Source: Acidobacteriota bacterium (GTDB lineage Bacteria > Acidobacteriota > Terriglobia > Bryobacterales > Bryobacteraceae). Taken from it: a stretch of 10,251 nucleotides of DNA. The DNA lies in the NCBI GenBank assembly GCA_016871095.1, contig VFZS01000136.1:1-10251 (forward strand). The letters run 5' to 3'. Shown piece by piece: positions 5,085 through 10,251 of this stretch (position 1 is its first letter; each line of letters starts with the position of its first letter). Position numbers and translations under genes: made by a program. A model generated the notes under the pieces. It was not told where the DNA came from. It saw only the letters and a list, made by a program, of their open reading frames with translations, and ran no database searches.

Positions 5085-6263
5085 CTACCCCTTCAGCATC
5101 CCCACCACGGCGTTCACCAGGATGACCGCCATGCCCAGGGGGATGAGGCGCTTCCAGCCCACGTTCATGAGCTGGTCGTAGCGGAACCGCGGCCAGGTCG
5201 CCCGGAACCAGATGATGGCGTAAACCACCACCGCCACCTTGAGGAAGAACCAGAACAGGCCGATGACCGCGGCGTTCACCACCGGCACCACGAAGACCAG
5301 TCCCAGGAACACCAGGGCCAGCCCCACCAGGCGCAGGAACATGGCGTTGAGCCGGCTCTTGAGCCGGCCCGCCAGCGGGAAGCACATCACCCCGGAGCCT
5401 GCCATCAGCGCCAGCGGCAGGCCGTAGTTGAGCGGATACTCCAGCCACCCCACGCTGGGGAAGGGCCGCAGCCACCCGCCCCAGAACAGCGTCACCGCCA
5501 CCGCGGAGACCACGAAGATGTTGACGTACTCGGCCAAAAAGTACAGCGCCCAGCGGAACCCGCTGTACTCGGTCATGAAGCCGGCCACCAGCTCGGACTC
5601 GGCCTCGGGCAGATCGAAGGGCGCGCGGTTGGTCTCGGCGATGGCCGCGATCAGGTAGATCACGAAAGGCAGCAGCATCAGCCCGTAGTTCTCGAAGGCA
5701 AACCACACGCCGCGCTCCTGCTGCGCCCGCACGATGCCGGCCAGGCTGAGCGTGCCCGCCATCATCACGCCGTTGAGCAGGCCAAACGCCAGGGCCACTT
5801 CGTAGCTGATCAACTGCGCGCCGCCGCGCAGCGTCCCCAACAGCGCATAGTGGCTGTTGGCCGACCAGCCCCCCAGCACGATGCCCAGCACGCCCACCGC
5901 CGACATCGAGGAAATCACCAGCAGCCCCACGTTCACGTCGGCCACCTGGACGTGCTGGCTGAAGGGCAGCACCGAGAGCGCGGTCAGCGCGGTGAAAGTC
6001 GAGATGCAGGGCGCCATCCAGTACAGGAAGCGGTCGGAGTCCGCCGGCATCAGGTCTTCCTTGAGCAGCAGCTTGAGGGCATCGGCCAGCGGTTGCAAAA
6101 TCCCGTGCGGGCCTACCCGCATGGGCCCCAGCCGCGCCTGGAAGTCGCCCAGCAGCTTGCGCTCGGCCAGCACCATGTAGCCGGCGATCAAGGGAAAGGC
6201 CACCACCATCACGCCCGACAGGACCAGCGCGATCACCAGCGGATGCAGGAGGAAGTTCAGCAT
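5085..6263 (-). CDS. nuoH: NADH-quinone oxidoreductase subunit H (complex I ND1 homologue)
   Basis: The 392-aa product carries hallmark NuoH motifs. These are the N-terminal ...AERKLLGDFQARLGPMRVGP, EYSGFRWALYFLAEY, and the C-terminal RATWPRFRYDQLMNVGWKRLIPLGMAVIL. Its start lies 6 bp after the nuoN stop. Confidence 0.95.
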   Translation of the reverse strand: MLNFLLHPLVIALVLSGVMVVAFPLIAGYMVLAERKLLGDFQARLGPMRVGPHGILQPLADALKLLLKEDLMPADSDRFLYWMAPCISTFTALTALSVLPFSQHVQVADVNVGLLVISSMSAVGVLGIVLGGWSANSHYALLGTLRGGAQLISYEVALAFGLLNGVMMAGTLSLAGIVRAQQERGVWFAFENYGLMLLPFVIYLIAAIAETNRAPFDLPEAESELVAGFMTEYSGFRWALYFLAEYVNIFVVSAVAVTLFWGGWLRPFPSVGWLEYPLNYGLPLALMAGSGVMCFPLAGRLKSRLNAMFLRLVGLALVFLGLVFVVPVVNAAVIGLFWFFLKVAVVVYAIIWFRATWPRFRYDQLMNVGWKRLIPLGMAVILVNAVVGMLKG

Positions 6264-6269
6264 AGCAAG

Positions 6270-7739
6270 TTACCGCGCCAGGGAAGTCTGCGCCAGCCGC
6301 AGAAACGGTTCCGGATAGACTCCGATAACCAATGTAAGAATGCCGGTTATGCCGAGCGCCAACCGCAACCCATAACTGGAAGCCACCGGCACGCGGTCGG
6401 CCTCCTCGCCGGCGAACATGCTACGCACCACCCGGAAGTAGTAGTACACCGCCACGGCCGCGTACAGCGTCCCGATCACCGCCAGCACGTAATGCCGGGT
6501 CTCGATCAGCGCCAGGAAAATGTAATACTTGCCCAGGAAGCCCGCGGTGGGCGGGATGCCGGCCAGCGACACCAGGAAGATCAGCATCAACACCGCGTGC
6601 ATGGGGCTCTTCTTCATCAGCCCGCCCAGATCATCGAGGTCCTCCCCCAACAACTCCTCGCGCCGCAGCGCCACCACCACCAGGAACGCCCCGAGCGTCA
6701 TGAAGGTGTACACCAGCACGTACACCGCGACGCCCTTCAGGCCGGTGGGATTGCCCGCCACCACCCCCAGCAGAATGTAGCCCGCGTGCGAGATCGAGCT
6801 ATAGGCCAGCAGCCGCTTGATGTTGGTCTGAGTGATGGCCGCCAGATTGCCCAGCGTCAGCGTGGCCACCGCGATGACGGCCAGCAGCGGCTCCCACACC
6901 TCCCGCAGCGTCCACAGCGGCCCGGTGAAGAGCCTCATCAGCAGCGCGAAGGAGGCCGCCTTGGAGCCCACCGCCAGGTAGGCGGTCACCGGCGTGGGCG
7001 CGCCCTCGTAGGCGTCCGGCGCCCACATGTGGAAAGGCACGGCCGAGACCTTGAAGAGCAGCCCCACCATGGTGGTGGCCAGCGCCAGGAACACCAGCGG
7101 ATCCCAAAGGTCGCGCGCCTGTATGGCCAGCGCCACGTCCCGCAGCCGCGTCGAGCCGGCCAGCCCGTACATCACCGAGAAACCGTAGGCCAGAAACCCG
7201 CTCGAAAACGCGCCCAGCAGCAGGTACTTCATGGCCGCTTCGTTCGAGCGGCGGTCGGCTCGCAGGAAGCCCACCAGCACGTAGAAGCACAGGGCCATCA
7301 GTTCCAGGCCCACGAACACCGTCACCAGGTCCGTGCCCGTGGCCAGGAAGAACATGCCGCAGTTGGCCAGCAGGATCAGCCCGTAGTACTCGCCGTGGTG
7401 CTCGCCTTCGATCTCCAGGAAGCGGTAGGACACCACCGCCACGATGAAGGACGCCGCCAGAAACACCCAGTTGAAGAACAGCGAGAAGCCGTCGATGGTG
7501 AGAGCGCCCTGGAAGGCGCTGATCTGGGTCAGGCCCTGCTGCGCCAGGTAGCTCTGCTGCCGCCACAGCCCCAGTCCGGTGAAAGCCTGCCCGATCACCA
7601 CGAACACCAGCAGCCAGCGGCGGTGACGGAGGCCGGGCGCCAGCAGGAAGTCGAACAGCAGCACCGCGCAGCCGAACAGCGCCAGCATGATGGCGGGCAC
7701 CAGCGCGAAGTGGTCCAGGGAGGTGTAGTACTGGCTCAT
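6270..7739 (-). CDS. nuoN: NADH-quinone oxidoreductase subunit N (ND2 homologue)
   Basis: The 489-aa polytopic membrane protein begins MSQYYTSLDHFALVPAIMLALFG.... It has typical antiporter-like NuoN helices. Its ATG overlaps the nuoM stop (ATGA, 7736-7739), indicating translational coupling. Confidence 0.9.
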   Translation of the reverse strand: MSQYYTSLDHFALVPAIMLALFGCAVLLFDFLLAPGLRHRRWLLVFVVIGQAFTGLGLWRQQSYLAQQGLTQISAFQGALTIDGFSLFFNWVFLAASFIVAVVSYRFLEIEGEHHGEYYGLILLANCGMFFLATGTDLVTVFVGLELMALCFYVLVGFLRADRRSNEAAMKYLLLGAFSSGFLAYGFSVMYGLAGSTRLRDVALAIQARDLWDPLVFLALATTMVGLLFKVSAVPFHMWAPDAYEGAPTPVTAYLAVGSKAASFALLMRLFTGPLWTLREVWEPLLAVIAVATLTLGNLAAITQTNIKRLLAYSSISHAGYILLGVVAGNPTGLKGVAVYVLVYTFMTLGAFLVVVALRREELLGEDLDDLGGLMKKSPMHAVLMLIFLVSLAGIPPTAGFLGKYYIFLALIETRHYVLAVIGTLYAAVAVYYYFRVVRSMFAGEEADRVPVASSYGLRLALGITGILTLVIGVYPEPFLRLAQTSLAR

Positions 7740-9301
7740 CGAGCGGCCTCCATGGCGGGCGCGCGGTTAGAGGCGGCGGGCGGGTGGAGGGCCGCCGCCC
7801 TGCCAGCGAAGTAACCCGGGCGGACGCGCTCGACGATCTGCGCCACCGGCTTCTCCAGCACGTCAAAGTACGGCTTGGGATACACGCCGATCCAGACGGC
7901 CCACGCGATAAGCGGCAGGAAAGTCGCCAGCTCGCGCAGGTTCAGATCGGGCAGCCGCCGGTTCTTCTCGTTGGTGACCTCGCCCAGCATCGTGCGCTGA
8001 TAGAGCCACAGCAAGTAGGCCGCGCCCAGGATCACCCCGGTGACGGCCAGCGCCGCCCAGGTCCGGCTGGCCTCGAAGGCCCCTTGCAGGATGGTGAACT
8101 CCCCGATGAACCCGTTCAGCAGCGGCAACCCGGCGGAGCTAAGCATGGCAATGGCGAAGACCACCGCGTACACCGGCATCACGTGGCCCAGTCCGCCGTA
8201 GTCCTTGATCTCCCGGGTGTGCCGCCGCTCGTAGATGATGCCCACGATCAAGAACAGCATGCCGGTCGAGATCCCGTGGTTGATCTGCTGGATCACGCTC
8301 CCGGCCAGGCCGTTGGGGTTGAGCGCGAAGATGCCCAGCGTGCAGAAACCCAGGTGACTTACCGACGAGTAAGCGACCAGTTTCTTCCAGTCCTGCTGCA
8401 TCAGGCTGACCAAGGCCCCGTAGATAATGCCGATGATCGACAGCGCGGCCAGCACCTGCACGATGACCACGTTGGCGGAAGCCTGAGGCAACAGCGGCAG
8501 CGAGAAGCGGATGAACCCGTAGGTCCCCATCTTCAGCAGGACGCTGGCCAGCACCACCGACCCGGCCGTGGGCGCCTCCACGTGCGCGTCCGGCAGCCAG
8601 GTGTGGAAGGGGAACATGGGCACCTTGATGGCGAAGCCGATGAAGAAGGCCCAGAAGACCCACTGCTCCAGGCCGGGCGAGAGGTTGAGCTTCATCAGCT
8701 CCGAGATCTCGAAAGTGTAGAAACCCCGCTGCTGAAAGTGCTGCAAGTACAGCGTCAGGATGCCCAGCAGCATCAGCGTGCCGCCCGCCAGCGTGTACAG
8801 AAAGAACTTGATCGCCGCGTACAGCTTCCGCGGCCCGCCCCACACCCCGATGATAAAGTACATCGGCACCAGGACCACTTCCCAGAACACGAAGAACATG
8901 AAGAAGTCCAGGGCCACGAACACCCCGATCATCCCGGTCTGCTGGAGCAGGAACATGGCGTAGTATTCCTTGACCCGCTCCTGGACCGCGCTCCAGCTCG
9001 ACAGGATGGCCAGCATGCCCACCAGCGTGGTGAGCATCACCAGCAGCAGGCTGATGCCGTCGATGCCGATGTAGTATTTCACTCCCAGGGCGGGAATCCA
9101 GTCCGCGCGCTCGACAAACTGGAAGCCGTCGGCGTGCTTGTCGAAACGGAATACCAGCGGCAGCGAAACCAGGAACCCGGCCAGCGCGGCCAGGTTGGCC
9201 CACCACCGGATCAGGTTCTTCTTCGAGGCGGGGAGCAGCAACAGCACCGCCATGCCGACCAGCGGCGTGAACAGAACCCAACTCAGCCAGTGAGAGCCCA
9301 T
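7736..9301 (-). CDS. nuoM: NADH-quinone oxidoreductase subunit M (ND4 homologue)
   Basis: The 521-aa product begins MGSHWLSWVLFTPLVGMAVLLLLPA.... It contains ...YYIGIDGISLLLVMLTTLVGMLAILSSW..., VLVPMYFIIGVWGG, and other NuoM/ND4 antiporter-like motifs. It starts 4 bp after the nuoL stop. Confidence 0.9.
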   Translation of the reverse strand: MGSHWLSWVLFTPLVGMAVLLLLPASKKNLIRWWANLAALAGFLVSLPLVFRFDKHADGFQFVERADWIPALGVKYYIGIDGISLLLVMLTTLVGMLAILSSWSAVQERVKEYYAMFLLQQTGMIGVFVALDFFMFFVFWEVVLVPMYFIIGVWGGPRKLYAAIKFFLYTLAGGTLMLLGILTLYLQHFQQRGFYTFEISELMKLNLSPGLEQWVFWAFFIGFAIKVPMFPFHTWLPDAHVEAPTAGSVVLASVLLKMGTYGFIRFSLPLLPQASANVVIVQVLAALSIIGIIYGALVSLMQQDWKKLVAYSSVSHLGFCTLGIFALNPNGLAGSVIQQINHGISTGMLFLIVGIIYERRHTREIKDYGGLGHVMPVYAVVFAIAMLSSAGLPLLNGFIGEFTILQGAFEASRTWAALAVTGVILGAAYLLWLYQRTMLGEVTNEKNRRLPDLNLRELATFLPLIAWAVWIGVYPKPYFDVLEKPVAQIVERVRPGYFAGRAAALHPPAASNRAPAMEAAR

Positions 9302-9305
9302 GGAA

Positions 9306-10251
9306 TCAACGCATCAGATAGTAACCGAAAATCAGCGCCACGCCCAGCACAAATACCAGCGCATAGACCTGCACATATCCGGTCTGTAACACCCGCGCCG
9401 GGAAGGAAGACATCTTAACGAGGAAGGAGGACAGGCGCACCGCCCCGTCCACGATCCAGGTGTCCCACCAGATGCTCACCCGCGAGGCGAAGCGCGTCAG
9501 CCAGCCCGTGCCGTTCACCCCGCCGTCCACCACGGCGTTGTCGAAGGCGGCCAGGGCCGAGCCGCCGCCCTTGGACAGGCCGTTCACGAAAAGCAGGTCG
9601 TACAGCTCGTCCACGTACCACTTGTTGTAGGCCCAGGTGTAGACCCGCCCGGCGGCCTGCTTCAGCGCTTCAGCCTGCTCCGGGCGGCGCTGGTAGAGCC
9701 GCCAGGCCAGGGCGATGCCCGCACCCGCCACAACCACCGAAAGCAGCATGAGCAGCCACTCCAGCGAGGCCGAGTGCGCGTGCTCTTCCGCGCCGTGCGC
9801 GGCGTGCCCGCCCACCACCGGCTCGAGCCAGTGTTCGAAGGTGCGGAACGCCTCCGGGAACGCGCTCCACAGCTTGGGAACTCCTATCCAGCCGGCCACG
9901 ATGCTGCCCATCGCCAGCGCCACCAGCGGCAGTGTCATCACGCGCGGCGACTCGTGCATGTGCGCGGCTGCCTTCGGCTCCACCCGGCTCTGCCCGTAGA
10001 AGGTCAGCGCCATCAGCCGCCACATGTAAAAGGCCGTCATTCCCGCCGTGGCCACTCCCACCAGCCACAGCCACACCGAGCCACCGCTGAAGGCCTGCCA
10101 CAGTATCTCGTCCTTCGAGAAGAATCCCGCCAGCCCGGGCACGCCGGCGATGGCCAGCGTCCCCGCCAGCATGGTCCAGTGGGTGGCGGGGATCTTGTCC
10201 TTCAAGCCTCCCATGCGCCGCATGTCCTGCTCGCCGGAGAGGGCGTGAATC
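9306..10251 (-). CDS. nuoL: NADH-quinone oxidoreductase subunit L (ND5 homologue). This is the C-terminal portion; the gene continues beyond the right edge of the window.
   Basis: The ORF reads through the window end. The reverse complement of the final bases gives IHALSGEQDMRRMGGLKDKIPATHWTMLAGTLAIAGVPGLAGFFSKDEIL..., the conserved NuoL 'SGEQDMRKMGGL' region. The track's M at 10223 is internal. The C-terminus is ...VLGVALIFGYYLMR*. Confidence 0.9.
   Translation of the reverse strand, partial: IHALSGEQDMRRMGGLKDKIPATHWTMLAGTLAIAGVPGLAGFFSKDEILWQAFSGGSVWLWLVGVATAGMTAFYMWRLMALTFYGQSRVEPKAAAHMHESPRVMTLPLVALAMGSIVAGWIGVPKLWSAFPEAFRTFEHWLEPVVGGHAAHGAEEHAHSASLEWLLMLLSVVVAGAGIALAWRLYQRRPEQAEALKQAAGRVYTWAYNKWYVDELYDLLFVNGLSKGGGSALAAFDNAVVDGGVNGTGWLTRFASRVSIWWDTWIVDGAVRLSSFLVKMSSFPARVLQTGYVQVYALVFVLGVALIFGYYLMR

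Larger units (their letters stand above)
2647..5086 (-). mobile_element. Putative tandem array of three small integrase-less integrated elements inserted at the 3' end of nuoH. Each is bounded by a partial direct repeat of the nuoH 3' terminus.
   Basis: There are three additional same-orientation copies of the nuoH terminal coding sequence (A 2647-2775, B 3169-3258, C 4591-4692) besides the gene-attached one (5085-~5205). Each begins at or near a stop codon and extends a different distance into nuoH. Unrelated small genes lie between the copies. No recombinase gene is present in the window. Confidence 0.45.

Noticed and set aside
5105-5160. Imperfect palindrome within the repeat core (catcccc...cacggcg / cgccatg...ggggatg), raising the possibility of an attC-like folded recombination site
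   Set aside because: The symmetry is weak. It can be explained by the encoded peptide (GM..VVGM), which reuses the same codons. It is not enough on its own to call a structured site, and would only be worth revisiting if an integron-type integrase were found nearby.
2647-5205. CRISPR array interpretation of the spaced direct repeats
   Set aside because: The repeat units are 80-125 bp, far too long. They are imperfect and are coding sequence for NuoH. The 'spacers' are 0.4-1.35 kb and carry genes. This does not fit a CRISPR array.
2647-5205. Assembly artefact or simple local duplication as the explanation for the repeats
   Set aside because: The copies differ from one another by multiple substitutions, have different end points and different stop codons, and are separated by unique gene-containing sequence. 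A collapsed or mis-joined assembly would give identical copies.
5850-9418. Two long plus-strand ORFs (5850-7814, 654 aa; 7784-9418, 544 aa) opposite nuoH, nuoN and nuoM
   Set aside because: Their translations are rich in His, Gln, Arg and Pro, which is nonsense composition. The opposite-strand products are unmistakable NuoH, NuoN and NuoM membrane proteins. These are antisense shadow ORFs.

Overview
This is high-GC bacterial chromosomal DNA. From left to right it contains: a partial minus-strand gene for an exported protein (1-273); a plus-strand two-gene operon encoding a short membrane NfeD-like protein and an SPFH/flotillin-like protein (399-2585); an unusual ~2.4 kb region (2647-5086); and the distal part of a minus-strand NADH-quinone oxidoreductase membrane-arm cluster in the order nuoL(partial)-nuoM-nuoN-nuoH (5085-10251). 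The 2647-5086 region lies immediately downstream of the nuoH stop codon. It contains three extra, partial, same-orientation copies of the last ~75-125 bp of nuoH (A, B, C). These copies bound three small cargo segments, each carrying one small gene: a 105-aa Q/E-rich helical protein (minus strand), a 342-aa coiled-coil protein, and an 86-aa UPF0175-type antitoxin-like protein with no partner toxin. The repeats differ from the gene-attached nuoH end mostly by synonymous substitutions and use three different stop codons. Together this looks like a tandem array of tiny integrase-less elements that target the 3' end of a conserved respiratory gene, analogous to tRNA-targeting islands. That is the most interesting feature of the window. 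Several long ORFs in the supplied track are antisense shadows of the real genes and are rejected.
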